A DNA stretch of 64,000 bases. It comes from Dehalococcoidia bacterium (GTDB lineage Bacteria > Chloroflexota > Dehalococcoidia > Plut-88900). A model generated the notes under the pieces. That model saw only the letters and a program-made list of their open reading frames with translations, ran no database searches and was not told where the DNA came from. Positions 1-10,201 of this stretch are shown piece by piece. A program made the position numbers and the translations under genes. Numbering within the stretch: position 1 is the stretch's first letter; each line of letters starts with the position of its first letter. The stretch lies in contig CBDBLV010000004.1 of NCBI GenBank assembly GCA_965207225.1, forward strand, positions 160,001 through 224,000, written 5' to 3'.

Positions 1-71
1 GCCGGTGTTTCCGTAGAGGCCCGGGAGAAGATCACGTGCCTGAATGCCGGGAAACTGTATGGGTTCCTGGA

Positions 72-1223
72 CTAGCTCCGCAAGGCCCCTACCTGTAGAC
101 CGTATAGGGAGATGGCATTCTCCCCTGCAACCTTCCGCTGAGAGGATTCGGGGAGGGAGGAGAGAGTCTCCTTGAGCTTGCTGATGGGCTCGGTGACGGA
201 GTCGGAGTGGGGGTAGTCGTAGGCCCAGAAGAACTTGTCCGCGCCCAGGGTTTCGATGCTGAACCGGGCGAGGCTTTCGTCGGGCTCCATAGCGATCCAG
301 GTCTGCCTCTGGAAATATTCGCTGGGAGACATCTTCATGGGTGTCGTGAAGCCGTTTATCTCGTACTTTTGGTCCATCCGCTCGAGCCAGAAAGCCAGCC
401 ACCCCACCCCCGACTCCAATAGCACAACCTTCATGTCCGGGAACTTCTCCAAGACGCCGTCGCCGAGCAGGGACGTGTACTGGTATTTGACCTCGTCGGA
501 GGCTGTGACGTAGACCCACCATACTGAGCCGTCCTCGGGGGTGGGATAGAACTGGTTGCCGATGGAGGTGAAGCTGCCGGTGGGGTGGAAGGAGATGGGG
601 ATGCCCAGGTCCTGGGCCTCGGCCCAGAGGGGGTCAAAACGGGGGTTTCCGAAGGCGAGGCCCTCGGGAGCAGCGGATATCAGCATGGCCGACCTCACTC
701 CGTGCCCTGCCACCCGACGCAGCTCCTTCACGGCCTCATCGACATCCAGGGCGGGGATGTGGGCCGCTGCGTGGAGCCGGTCGGGGTAGGGTTTGCAGAA
801 GTCGATCATCCAGTTGTTGTAAGCGCGGCAGTTGGCGGCGGCGAGCTTGGGGTCGGTGCAGACGTCTTCCCAGCACAGGCCGAGAGACGGGTAGAGGATG
901 GAAACGTCGATGCCCTCTTCGTCCATGACCTTGATGCGTTCGTGGGGGTCGTAGCCGCCGGGGAGTAGGGACTCTTCGTAGGTGATGGAGCCGGGGGTGA
1001 GGTGCTCACTGACGTCCTGACCTATGCCGGCGATGTTGCCAAGAACGCCACCCCGCATGAACCAGGAGGCTGCTCCGTCGATCCCTAGGTATTCCAGATT
1101 CTTGTCATCCAGGAAGATCTGAACGGTACGATCCCGGAATTCCGGCTCGATATACTCTTTCCACATGTCGGGGGGCTCGAGGATATGGCCGTCAACGTCG
1201 ACGTAGGTCATGGAATGGTCCAT
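72..1223 (-). CDS. Amidohydrolase family (Amidohydro_2, LigW/ACMSD-like) protein
   Basis: N-terminal DxDGHxxEP metal motif, FHP, LESGVGW and DYPH motifs; ATG at 1223 with GGAGG RBS upstream. Confidence 0.85.
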   Translation of the reverse strand: MDHSMTYVDVDGHILEPPDMWKEYIEPEFRDRTVQIFLDDKNLEYLGIDGAASWFMRGGVLGNIAGIGQDVSEHLTPGSITYEESLLPGGYDPHERIKVMDEEGIDVSILYPSLGLCWEDVCTDPKLAAANCRAYNNWMIDFCKPYPDRLHAAAHIPALDVDEAVKELRRVAGHGVRSAMLISAAPEGLAFGNPRFDPLWAEAQDLGIPISFHPTGSFTSIGNQFYPTPEDGSVWWVYVTASDEVKYQYTSLLGDGVLEKFPDMKVVLLESGVGWLAFWLERMDQKYEINGFTTPMKMSPSEYFQRQTWIAMEPDESLARFSIETLGADKFFWAYDYPHSDSVTEPISKLKETLSSLPESSQRKVAGENAISLYGLQVGALRS

Positions 1224-1367
1224 TGTGCGCTCCTCCAAGAGATGCTCTTGCCCGATATACTACACTCTGCCGTCGAGAACGGCATGAAACAAGCTGTTAA
1301 TAAGTTATGTTAGGTTATTAATAGTTATTAGCCATTAATAGTTGAAGGTACATGAAAGGTTATGTAA

Positions 1368-2126
1368 ATGGCAGCAAATGACAAAGTTGCGATTATTACG
1401 GGTGCAGGGACTGGAATCGGAAAGCGGAGCGCGCTTGCGCTGTTAAGGGACGGATGGTCGGTGGCGCTGGCGGGGCGTCGGGTGGAGAAGCTGAAAGAGA
1501 CGATGGATGAAGCAGGGGAATTAGCCCGAAACACCTTAGTTGTGCGAGCGGATGTAGGTGACCATGGGGAGGTCAAGGAGCTGTTTTCGAAGACCAAGGA
1601 GGCGTTTGGGCGGCTGGACCTGCTGTTCAACAACGCGGGTACGGGGTCTCCAGCGCGGCCATTAGAAGACTTGACTTTTGAAGTTTGGAAAAGAGTCGTG
1701 GACGCCAACCTAACGGGACCCTTCCTGTGTACACAGGAGGCATTCAAGATCATGAAAGAGCAGACGCCGATGGGGGGTCGGATAATCAACAACGGATCGA
1801 TATCCGCCCAGACGCCCAGGCCCAACTCGGCTCCCTACACGGCGACGAAGCACGGATTGGTGGGCTTGACGAAGTCCACCGCGCTGGACGGGCGGAAGTA
1901 TGACATTGCCTGCTGCCAAATAGACATCGGGAATGCGGCTACAGAGATGACTTCGGCAATGGCCAGGGGTGTGCCGCAGGCGGACGGGTCCCGGATGGTG
2001 GAGCCGACCTTCGACGTCGAGAAAGTCGCGGAGGCGGTGCTGTTCATTGCCAACCTGCCCCTGGACACGAACGTGTTGTTCATGAACATCATGGCCACGA
2101 AGATGCCTTTTGTGGGGAGGGGGTGA
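1368..2126 (+). CDS. Short-chain dehydrogenase/reductase
   Basis: TGAGTGIG Rossmann motif, NNAG, catalytic YTATK. Confidence 0.9.
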   Translation: MAANDKVAIITGAGTGIGKRSALALLRDGWSVALAGRRVEKLKETMDEAGELARNTLVVRADVGDHGEVKELFSKTKEAFGRLDLLFNNAGTGSPARPLEDLTFEVWKRVVDANLTGPFLCTQEAFKIMKEQTPMGGRIINNGSISAQTPRPNSAPYTATKHGLVGLTKSTALDGRKYDIACCQIDIGNAATEMTSAMARGVPQADGSRMVEPTFDVEKVAEAVLFIANLPLDTNVLFMNIMATKMPFVGRG

Positions 2127-2180
2127 GGGCGATGGTTGCGCCTACTGAAGAGGAGGAGTGAGCAGTAGGAGAGGCGATGT

Positions 2181-2205
2181 AGATTCCTCGCGGGGCCTCG
2201 GAATG
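2181..2205 (+). repeat. Short REP-like palindrome AGATTCCTCG...TCGGAATG (family B, copy 1 of 7)
   Basis: Near-identical to 19643-19667, 19879-19903, 21335-21359, 25604-25628, 26758-26782, 28791-28815. Confidence 0.75.
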
Positions 2206-2224
2206 GGAGGGGAACTGGGAAGGG

Positions 2225-3796
2225 CTAGTTATTATCTTTGATGAAATCGGCGACCTTTTCGGCCATGGCTATTACGGTTACGTTGAGGTTGGCGTGTATG
2301 GTGTCGGGCATTATGGAGGCGTCGACCAAGCGGAGCCCCTCGAGGCCGTAGACCCGACCGTACTGATCGCAGACAGCGAGGGGGTCGCTGGACAGGCCCA
2401 TCTTGCAGGTGCTGGAGACGTGGTGGGTCGTGACAACCTCGGTCTTCATCCACTCATCAAGCAATTCGTCGGAATCCAAGACCTCGTCGGCAGGACCGGA
2501 GCGTCTATCGATAATGTCCTTGAATGCCTCGTGGCTGAAGAGTTCCTGACAGAGCCGCATGCTGTCCCGCATTCTCTTCAGGTCAAAGGGGTCGTCGAGG
2601 AGGTTGTAATCTAGGTTTGGCTGCACTCGGGGGTCGGTGGAACGGAGTCGCAGCTCGCCCTGGCTGAGCGGCAGATAAAGGCACTGGCAGACGCCGATGC
2701 CGACAGGCTCTTTTTCATCGAGGCCCCGGAAAGGTCTCGCGGCCAGATAGTTGGCAACGTAGAGAATCATGTCGTTGGGAAAGGGAGAACCTTCTGCCGT
2801 GTACCTGAGAGTCACGGTGCCGCAGTCTACCTGGTTGATGTCCAGGGGATACCCTTCCTTTGTGATCCAGCAGACGGGGACGTCCGGGTGGTCGCGGAGG
2901 TTCTTTCCTACGCCGGGCAGGTCTTGCACCACCGGGATGCCCAGTTCTCTGAGGTCGTCTCCGGGCCCTACACCTGACAGGAGCAAAATGTGCGGCGTCC
3001 CTATAGCCCCGGCACAGAGCACAATCTCGTCACCGTATACGGAGAACATCTCCCGCCCACTTATGACGAGTACGCCGACAGCCCGGTTTCCATCGAAGAT
3101 TATGCCGTGGACGTGGCAGTCGCCGCGTATCGTCAGGTTGAGGCGGTGTCGGGCTGGGTTGAGATAGCCGATGTTGGTGCTGATGCGGACGCCGTCTATG
3201 GCGTTGAAGGCCAAGGGCCCGACGCCCGTGGAGTCGGGGCAGTTGTGGTCGGGGCAATCGGGGAAGCCGGCATCCCGACATGCCTGGTAGAAGGCGTGGT
3301 GGTGTGGCGCCCATTGTTCTTCAGGAATGCGTTGGCACGGTATGGGCCCGTCGTTCCCGTGGTGTTCGTCACGAAAGTCCTGGTCAGCTTCGATACGTCT
3401 GAAGTAGGGCAAGATGTTCTCGAATGACCACTCGTCGTTTCCCCATTCGACCCACCGGTCATAGTCTTCCCGCACGCCTCTAAGGAAGTGGACGCCGTTG
3501 ACCCCGCTTGAACCGCCGGTAATCTTCCCCCGAGGGATGTCTATGCGCGTGAGATCGGTGGCACGGGCACTGAAATTCCAGATGTGGTCGGAGTCCCAGA
3601 CCGCGACCTTGCTGCCGTAGGCAAGCCTGACTTCCTCGGGGATGCGTTCGAACTCGGGGAAGTCGGAGCCTGCTTCGATAAGGAGGACGGAGCGGTTGGG
3701 GTCCTCGGTGAGTCGGGCGGCGAGGGTTGCCCCCGCGGAGCCCGCTCCTACGATGATGTGGTCGTATTTCATCGAACTGGCCTTGTGGCTCGTCAA
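2225..3796 (-). CDS. GMC family FAD oxidoreductase (choline dehydrogenase/MftG-like), paralog 3
   Basis: GAGSAG FAD motif, RGKITGGSS, HHVSSTCKMG, VDASIMP; alternative start ATG at 3772. Confidence 0.9.
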   Translation of the reverse strand: MTSHKASSMKYDHIIVGAGSAGATLAARLTEDPNRSVLLIEAGSDFPEFERIPEEVRLAYGSKVAVWDSDHIWNFSARATDLTRIDIPRGKITGGSSGVNGVHFLRGVREDYDRWVEWGNDEWSFENILPYFRRIEADQDFRDEHHGNDGPIPCQRIPEEQWAPHHHAFYQACRDAGFPDCPDHNCPDSTGVGPLAFNAIDGVRISTNIGYLNPARHRLNLTIRGDCHVHGIIFDGNRAVGVLVISGREMFSVYGDEIVLCAGAIGTPHILLLSGVGPGDDLRELGIPVVQDLPGVGKNLRDHPDVPVCWITKEGYPLDINQVDCGTVTLRYTAEGSPFPNDMILYVANYLAARPFRGLDEKEPVGIGVCQCLYLPLSQGELRLRSTDPRVQPNLDYNLLDDPFDLKRMRDSMRLCQELFSHEAFKDIIDRRSGPADEVLDSDELLDEWMKTEVVTTHHVSSTCKMGLSSDPLAVCDQYGRVYGLEGLRLVDASIMPDTIHANLNVTVIAMAEKVADFIKDNN

Positions 3797-5337
3797 CTGC
3801 CCTGCTTGATGAAGTCTGCGACCTTCTCTCCCATAGTCATCACGGTGACATTGAGATTGGCACGCACAGTGTCAGGCATCATGGAAGCGTCCACGAGGCG
3901 CAAGCCCTCGACGCCGTAGACCCGACCGTATTGGTCGCAGACAGCAAGAGGGTCGCTGGTCGGGCCCATCTTGCAGGTGCTGGAAATATGGTGGGCAGTG
4001 AACACCTCGTGGAGCATCCAATCGTCCAAAAGATCGTCGTCGTTGAGGGTCTCGTCAGATGGAGCGTAACGCCTTTCGATGATATCTGAGAACGCGGGGT
4101 GGCTCAGAAGGGAGTCGGAGAGGCGGACGGATTCGCGCATGCGCTGAAGGTCGAAGGGGTCGTCCAGGAGATTGTAGTCGAGGATTGGCTGTTGCCGGGG
4201 GTCGGTGGACTGGAGCCGGAGATCGCCCTGGCTGACGGCGAGGTAAAGGCACGGGCCGACGCTAAACCCGACCGGGTCCTTTTCGTCGAGCCCCCTGTTG
4301 GGCCGCCTGGCGGAATAGTTGCCCATGTAGATGATCATGTCATTGGTGAAGGGCGAGCCCGTGGCGGTGTAGCGCAGGGTTACGGTACCCGTTGCGGTCA
4401 TGGGGAGGTCCATTGGGAAGTCGGGGAGGGTCAGGTAGCACATGGGCAACCAGGGATGATCTCGAAGGTTGCGCCCGACACCCGGCAAATCTTGCACAAC
4501 AGGAATGCCGAAGAACTGAAGCTGCTCCGCGGGCCCAATGCCGGAGAGTAAGAGGATGTGAGGAGTGCCGACTGCGCCTGCGCACAGGATGATCTCCTCC
4601 CCGTACACTGAGAACATCTCCTTGCCGCTTATCACCAGTAACCCCGCCGCCCGGTTGCCGTCGAAGATGATGCCGTGGACGAGGCAGTTGGGCCGGATGG
4701 TCAGGTTGAGTCGGTGCCGAATCGGGTTCAGGTAACCAATGGCGGTGCTTATGCGGATCTTGTCGATGATGTTGAAGGACAGGGGTCCGACACCCGTGGA
4801 GTCAGGGCGGTTGTGATCGGGGCAGTGGGGGAAGCCCATGTCTCGGGCGGCCTGGTAGAAGGCACGCTGGTGGGGAGGCCACTCATCCTCGGGGTGGCGG
4901 CTACAGGTGATGGTGCCGTCATTGCCGTGGAATTCGTCCCGGAAGTCCTGGTCGGCCTCCATGCATTTCATGTATGGAAGAACGTTGTCAAAGGACCACT
5001 GGTCGTTGCCCCATTCCGCCCAGCGATCGTAGTCCTCCCTTTCGCCACGGAGAAACTGGGCGCCGTTGACGGCGCTAGACCCTCCAGTGATCTTACCGCG
5101 GGGGATGTCCATGCGGGTTTTGGATGTGGCCCGGGCGCTGAAGTTCCAGAGGTGGTCGGAATCGAAAATCGATCTGCCTCCGTATGCAAGTTTGATCTCC
5201 TCAGGGAGACGCTCGATTTCGGGGAAGTCACCGCCAGCTTCGAGGAGGAGGACGGAGCGGTCGGGGTCTTCGGTGAGTCGGGCGGCGAGGGTTGCCCCCG
5301 CGGAGCCCGCTCCTACGATTATGTGGTCGTATTTCAT
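3793..5337 (-). CDS. GMC family FAD oxidoreductase, paralog 2
   Basis: Same GMC motifs (GAGSAG, RGKITGGSSAVN, HHISSTCKMG). Confidence 0.9.
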   Translation of the reverse strand: MKYDHIIVGAGSAGATLAARLTEDPDRSVLLLEAGGDFPEIERLPEEIKLAYGGRSIFDSDHLWNFSARATSKTRMDIPRGKITGGSSAVNGAQFLRGEREDYDRWAEWGNDQWSFDNVLPYMKCMEADQDFRDEFHGNDGTITCSRHPEDEWPPHQRAFYQAARDMGFPHCPDHNRPDSTGVGPLSFNIIDKIRISTAIGYLNPIRHRLNLTIRPNCLVHGIIFDGNRAAGLLVISGKEMFSVYGEEIILCAGAVGTPHILLLSGIGPAEQLQFFGIPVVQDLPGVGRNLRDHPWLPMCYLTLPDFPMDLPMTATGTVTLRYTATGSPFTNDMIIYMGNYSARRPNRGLDEKDPVGFSVGPCLYLAVSQGDLRLQSTDPRQQPILDYNLLDDPFDLQRMRESVRLSDSLLSHPAFSDIIERRYAPSDETLNDDDLLDDWMLHEVFTAHHISSTCKMGPTSDPLAVCDQYGRVYGVEGLRLVDASMMPDTVRANLNVTVMTMGEKVADFIKQGS

Positions 5338-5357
5338 GGGGTTTTCCCTATTGTTCG

Positions 5358-6908
5358 CTAGTTGCCCTGCTTGATGAACTCAGCGACTTTTTCTCCCATG
5401 GTCATGACGGTGACGTTCAGGTTGGCGCGCACGGTGTCGGGCATCATGGAGGCGTCGACCAGCCGGAGCCCCTCGACGCCGTAGACATGGCCGTACTGGT
5501 CGCAGACGGCGAGGGGATCGCTGGTCGGTCCCATCTTGCAAGTGCTGGAGATATGGTGGGCGGTCATTACCTCGTGGAGCATCCAGTCATCCAGCAGATC
5601 GTCGTCTGCGAACGTTTCGTCGGAAGGGGCGTTGCGTTTCTCCACTATGTCGGAGAAGGCAGAGTGTTTGAAGAAGGAGTCGGTGAGACGGACACATTCC
5701 CGCATTCGCTGAAGATCAAAGGGGTCATCGAGTAGGTTGTAGTCCAAGAACGGTTGCTGCCGGGGGTCGGTGGACTGGAGATGCAGTTCACCCTGGCTCA
5801 TAGCGAGGTAGAGCGCAGGCCCGACCCCGATGCCGATGGGGTTCTTGTCGTCGATTCCCCGGCCGGGTCTCACGGCGGCGTAGTTGCCCATATAGACGAT
5901 CATGTCGTTCACGAAAGGCGAGCCGGTGGCGGTGTAGCGAAGGGTGACAGCGCCTGAGGCCGGAGTGGGGGCATCCAGGGGGTAGTCGGGCTTGGTCACG
6001 TAGCACATAGGCAGATAAGGGTGGTCCCGCAGGTTTCGCCCGACCCCGGGTAGATCCTGTAATACGGGAATTCCCATCGAAGCGAGATGCTCCGCAGGCC
6101 CTACCCCCGACAAAAGAAGAATGTGAGGCGTGCCCACAGCGCCAGCACAAAGGATGATCTCCTCTCCGTAGACCGAGAACATCTCCCGGCCGCTGATGAC
6201 CAGCAGGCCCTCGGCACGGCTGCCATCGAAGATGATGCCGTGTACCAGGCAGTTGGGCCGGATGGTGAGGTTCAGTCGGTGGCGGCTCGGGTTCAGGTAG
6301 CCCAGGGCCGTGCTCTGCCGCACCCGGTCAATGATATTGAACGCCAGGGGCCCGACGCCTGTTGAGTCGGTGCGGTTGTGGTCGGGGCAGTGGGGGAACC
6401 CCGCGTTCCGGGCTGCCTCGTAGAAGGCGCGCTGGTGGGGAGGCCACTCGTCCTCGGGGTGGCGCCGGCACATGATTGGGCCGTCGTTGCCATGGTGCTC
6501 GTCCCGGAAGTCCTGGTCGGATTCCATGCGCTTCATGAAGGGCAGAACGTTTTCGAAGGACCATTGGTCGTTGCCCCACTCTGCCCAGCGGTCGTAGTCC
6601 TCGCGTACGCCGCGTAGGAACTGGGCGTCGTTGACCGAGCTTGAGCCTCCCGTAATCTTGCCCCGAGGAATGTCCATGTGGGTCTTGGAAGTGGCCCGGG
6701 CACTGAAGTTCCAGATGTGGTCGGAGTCGTAGATCGTCCTTCCGCCGTAGGCGAATTTGACCTCTTCTGGAATGCGGTCGAACTCGGGGAAGTCGCCGCC
6801 TGCTTCGAGAAGAAGGACTGAGCGGTCGGGGTCTTCGGTGAGTCGGGCGGCGAGGGTGGCCCCAGCGGAGCCCGCTCCCACTATGATGTGGTCGTATTTC
6901 ATAGTCAT
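5358..6908 (-). CDS. GMC family FAD oxidoreductase, paralog 1
   Basis: Same GMC motifs; AAAGGA RBS upstream. Confidence 0.9.
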   Translation of the reverse strand: MTMKYDHIIVGAGSAGATLAARLTEDPDRSVLLLEAGGDFPEFDRIPEEVKFAYGGRTIYDSDHIWNFSARATSKTHMDIPRGKITGGSSSVNDAQFLRGVREDYDRWAEWGNDQWSFENVLPFMKRMESDQDFRDEHHGNDGPIMCRRHPEDEWPPHQRAFYEAARNAGFPHCPDHNRTDSTGVGPLAFNIIDRVRQSTALGYLNPSRHRLNLTIRPNCLVHGIIFDGSRAEGLLVISGREMFSVYGEEIILCAGAVGTPHILLLSGVGPAEHLASMGIPVLQDLPGVGRNLRDHPYLPMCYVTKPDYPLDAPTPASGAVTLRYTATGSPFVNDMIVYMGNYAAVRPGRGIDDKNPIGIGVGPALYLAMSQGELHLQSTDPRQQPFLDYNLLDDPFDLQRMRECVRLTDSFFKHSAFSDIVEKRNAPSDETFADDDLLDDWMLHEVMTAHHISSTCKMGPTSDPLAVCDQYGHVYGVEGLRLVDASMMPDTVRANLNVTVMTMGEKVAEFIKQGN

Positions 6909-7276
6909 GTCCTTTCTCGATGAAAGAGAATCCCCAGGTCACCCAAGCCGAATGATACTAACACCTGGCCAAGCACAGAATATGCCGATACCCGACCTGT
7001 GCCAAACAGCCTTTGCGCCGCTTGTTCCCGACCCTATACCATCTCCCGGCAAAAGCCCCGGATGTCCTTCAACCTTCGTGCTTTCCTTCCCGGAGGTCCA
7101 AAAGACTTTTTCTCCAGATCAATCATACAGGCACGGGCACAATCCGAAATAATCAGAAGATTCCGATGGAGGAATCCCGTAGAAACGGATTTCCCGCTTA
7201 CCCCCAAAGTGTTATCATTTTTCGTGGCCCCTGCTCCTTTCCGAATTGGTTGCAACCCGCTCCGACCGCCGACTTT

Positions 7277-8350
7277 ATGGACTACACGCAGGTCCGCGCA
7301 TACCTAGAAGAACGAGAAGAGTCCCTATCTCCGTATGCCACAAAATCGCGGCTGTCCAGGGGCCGGAAGGTGGAGGAGGAGCCAAGCCCGCTGCGCACCG
7401 ATTTTCAGCGTGACCGAGACCGTATCATCCACACCAAGGCCTTCCGACGCCTTAAGCACAAGACCCAGGTCTTCATCGCGCCTCTGGGTGACCACTACGT
7501 CACCCGGCTCACCCACACCCTGGAAGTCTCTCAGATTGGACGCACCATTGCGCGGGCCCTGAACCTCAACGAAGATCTCGTGGAGGCCATGTGCCTGGGC
7601 CACGACTTGGGTCACGCTCCCTTCGGCCATATCGGAGAAGACGTGCTGGCGTCCCTCTATCCCGGGGGGTTTCGACACAGCCATCAGAGCCTGCGGGTGG
7701 TGGACAGGCTGGAAAACGGCGGCAAGGGGCTGAACCTGACCTGGGAGGTGCGTCAGGGTATCGTTTCCCACTCCAAGTCGAGCCTCGGGATTATGGGCGA
7801 TGACTGGAAGCGCCCCCCCACTCTCGAGGCACAAGTTTGCAAGGTATCTGACGCCCTGGCCTATCTGAACCACGATACTGACGACGCCCTCCGTTCGGGC
7901 CTGATCACCGAGGAGGACCTTCCGTCTGAGGCTGTGGAGGTCCTGGGAAGTAACAGGTCAGAGCGGGTGAACACGCTTGTCTCGGACGTGGTTGAGCACT
8001 CGTGGGGGGCATCGGGTCGAGCTCCGGCGCCCGAGGGCGAGCCCCCCACAATCGAGATCGGCAAACGAGTCAAAGAAGCTGCCAACGTCCTCAGAGACTT
8101 CCTGTTTGAAAGAGTCTATTATGTCAGCGGGGCCAGCCCGGAAGCAGCAGAGGCACGCACCGCAGTCGAAGAGATGTACAAACATTATGTTAATCATCCC
8201 GAAGGCATTCCCAGGGAATATCGCCTGCGGGAGAACTCCCCTGAGAGGTGGGCGCTGGACTACATAGCCGGAATGACGGACCGGTACGGGTTAAGGAAGG
8301 CCGGGGAGTTCGGGCTTATGGGGAGAGTCGGGGCAGGGGTGAAACGGTGA
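7277..8350 (+). CDS. dgt: Deoxyguanosinetriphosphate triphosphohydrolase (dGTPase, HD domain)
   Basis: FQRDRDRIIH, FRRLKHKTQVF, TRLTHTLEV, HDLGHAPFGH; directly upstream of dnaG. Confidence 0.92.
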   Translation: MDYTQVRAYLEEREESLSPYATKSRLSRGRKVEEEPSPLRTDFQRDRDRIIHTKAFRRLKHKTQVFIAPLGDHYVTRLTHTLEVSQIGRTIARALNLNEDLVEAMCLGHDLGHAPFGHIGEDVLASLYPGGFRHSHQSLRVVDRLENGGKGLNLTWEVRQGIVSHSKSSLGIMGDDWKRPPTLEAQVCKVSDALAYLNHDTDDALRSGLITEEDLPSEAVEVLGSNRSERVNTLVSDVVEHSWGASGRAPAPEGEPPTIEIGKRVKEAANVLRDFLFERVYYVSGASPEAAEARTAVEEMYKHYVNHPEGIPREYRLRENSPERWALDYIAGMTDRYGLRKAGEFGLMGRVGAGVKR

Positions 8351-10167
8351 GCAGCGCATCCATAGAAGAGGTCAGGAACAGGCTCGACATCGTCGATGTC
8401 ATCTCGGAGACGGTGCCCCTGAAGAAAGCGGGCCGAACTTTCAAGGCGCCCTGCCCGTTCCACAACGAACGCACGCCGTCCTTCATAGTCAATCCCGACA
8501 GGCAAACGTGGCACTGCTTCGGGGCATGCAGCACCGGGGGTGACGTATTTTCCTTCGTAATGAAGAGGGAGAATATGGAGTTCGGGGAGACACTGCGGAC
8601 ACTCGCCGAAAAGGTCGGGGTCGCCCTCCCGACCCGGGACCAGGCCGCTGAGAGCAAGACCGACCGGCTACTTGAGGCCAACAAAGCCGCTGCCGCCTTT
8701 TTCCAGAACCAGCTTCTGACATCCACGGCCGCTTCCCAGGCCCGGGACTATATCCGGCAGCGAGGACTCTCCGAAGGAGTCGTGAAGGACTTCCAGCTTG
8801 GCTATTGTCCTCCGACCTCCGGGGTGCTATTCAGGCATCTGCAGGGTATTGGTTTCAACATGGACGAGTGCGCCGACGCGGGGCTCGGCACCCGAACCGA
8901 CTCCGGGGAAATGCGTGATATTTTCCGTGGGCGGCTAATCTTTCCAATCCGCAGCCCTCGTGGCCGGGTGATCGGGTTCGGAGGCCGGGCACTGGGGGAG
9001 TCGGGGCCCAAGTACATCAACTCACCCCAGTCCCCCTTATTCGACAAGAGCGGCACCCTCTACGCCGCGGACCGGGCCCGGGAAGCCGCCCGTGAGGCAG
9101 ACAGGGCCGTGGTCGTCGAGGGGTACATGGACGTGATCACCGCCCACCAATTCGGGTTCAGGAACGTGGTTGCCTCCATGGGAACGGCGCTGACCGAGAA
9201 ACAAGTGGACGTGCTGAAGCGGCTCTGTAAGCGGATATCCCTGGCCCTGGACGCCGACACCGCGGGCCAGGAAGCCACCCTGCGCAGCTTGAAGTCGTCG
9301 TGGCAATCCTTCTATCGCAGCGTTCATCCGCTTCAGGGAAGCAACCGTCGCCGATTCCTGGAAGGTCCTCCCGACCAAGTAGTTGATATCGTCACGCTTC
9401 CCAAGGGCGAAGATCCGGACAGCATCATCCGCAAAGACCCGGATCGCTGGATCTCCCTGCTGGAGTCTCCGACGCCGCTCATCGACTACCTGATGGAGAT
9501 GGAGGTAGGCAGGGCGAACCTAGACTCCCCCGGGGCACGGGCCACGATATTGGAGGAGTTCCGCTCTCTTTTGGTAACAACCGACTTCTTCGATCAGGAA
9601 GTCTACGTGCGGAAGCTGGCCAACCTGATGCAGGTGACCGAGGAGACTGTAAAGGCGGCGATCAACAGCCCCTCTCCAAGCCGGATACGCCAGCCCCGCC
9701 CCCCTTCCCCCTCCAGACAGAACAAGGCGGGAGCGGGCACAGCACCAACCCCAAGACGGAACGACGTACTGGAGGACTATGTACTGGGCCTGCTGCTGCA
9801 ACATCCTTACCTTCTCCCGGAATTGGATGAACCCGATCCTGAGTGGTTTATCGACCCAATGAACCGGGATGTATTTCAACGCCTGATTTCGGGCATTGCG
9901 ATTGAGGATGAAGGCGAAATGGAAGAAGTCATGACCAGGCTTATGGGCGCATTCATTCCCGACAGCACGGATGAAGACATGGTCCGCGGTCTGAGGGAAT
10001 GCGTCACCCGCCTCGAGAGCCGGCGACTCAAACGGCTCAAGCAGGCCGAGGAGTCGGCCTTGGGAGACGAAGAGGCGCTGGGTGACGCCGTCGAGGCCAT
10101 CCGAGGCAGAGCGTTGGCCATCAATGAGGGCCTGAAGAGGCTCCATACAAGGGGCAGCGCGGTATAA
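8347..10167 (+). CDS. dnaG: DNA primase
   Basis: CPFHNERTPSF...WHCFGAC zinc finger, PKYINSP, TOPRIM EGYMDV and DADTAG; GTG start overlaps dgt stop. Confidence 0.96.
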   Translation: MSSASIEEVRNRLDIVDVISETVPLKKAGRTFKAPCPFHNERTPSFIVNPDRQTWHCFGACSTGGDVFSFVMKRENMEFGETLRTLAEKVGVALPTRDQAAESKTDRLLEANKAAAAFFQNQLLTSTAASQARDYIRQRGLSEGVVKDFQLGYCPPTSGVLFRHLQGIGFNMDECADAGLGTRTDSGEMRDIFRGRLIFPIRSPRGRVIGFGGRALGESGPKYINSPQSPLFDKSGTLYAADRAREAAREADRAVVVEGYMDVITAHQFGFRNVVASMGTALTEKQVDVLKRLCKRISLALDADTAGQEATLRSLKSSWQSFYRSVHPLQGSNRRRFLEGPPDQVVDIVTLPKGEDPDSIIRKDPDRWISLLESPTPLIDYLMEMEVGRANLDSPGARATILEEFRSLLVTTDFFDQEVYVRKLANLMQVTEETVKAAINSPSPSRIRQPRPPSPSRQNKAGAGTAPTPRRNDVLEDYVLGLLLQHPYLLPELDEPDPEWFIDPMNRDVFQRLISGIAIEDEGEMEEVMTRLMGAFIPDSTDEDMVRGLRECVTRLESRRLKRLKQAEESALGDEEALGDAVEAIRGRALAINEGLKRLHTRGSAV

Positions 10168-10201
10168 GGGTGTATAATAGGACCTTGGACACCGGCATCG
10201 C

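Noticed and set aside
7013-7276. N-terminal extension of the dGTPase ORF
   Set aside because: Family similarity starts near ATG 7277; the extension looks intergenic
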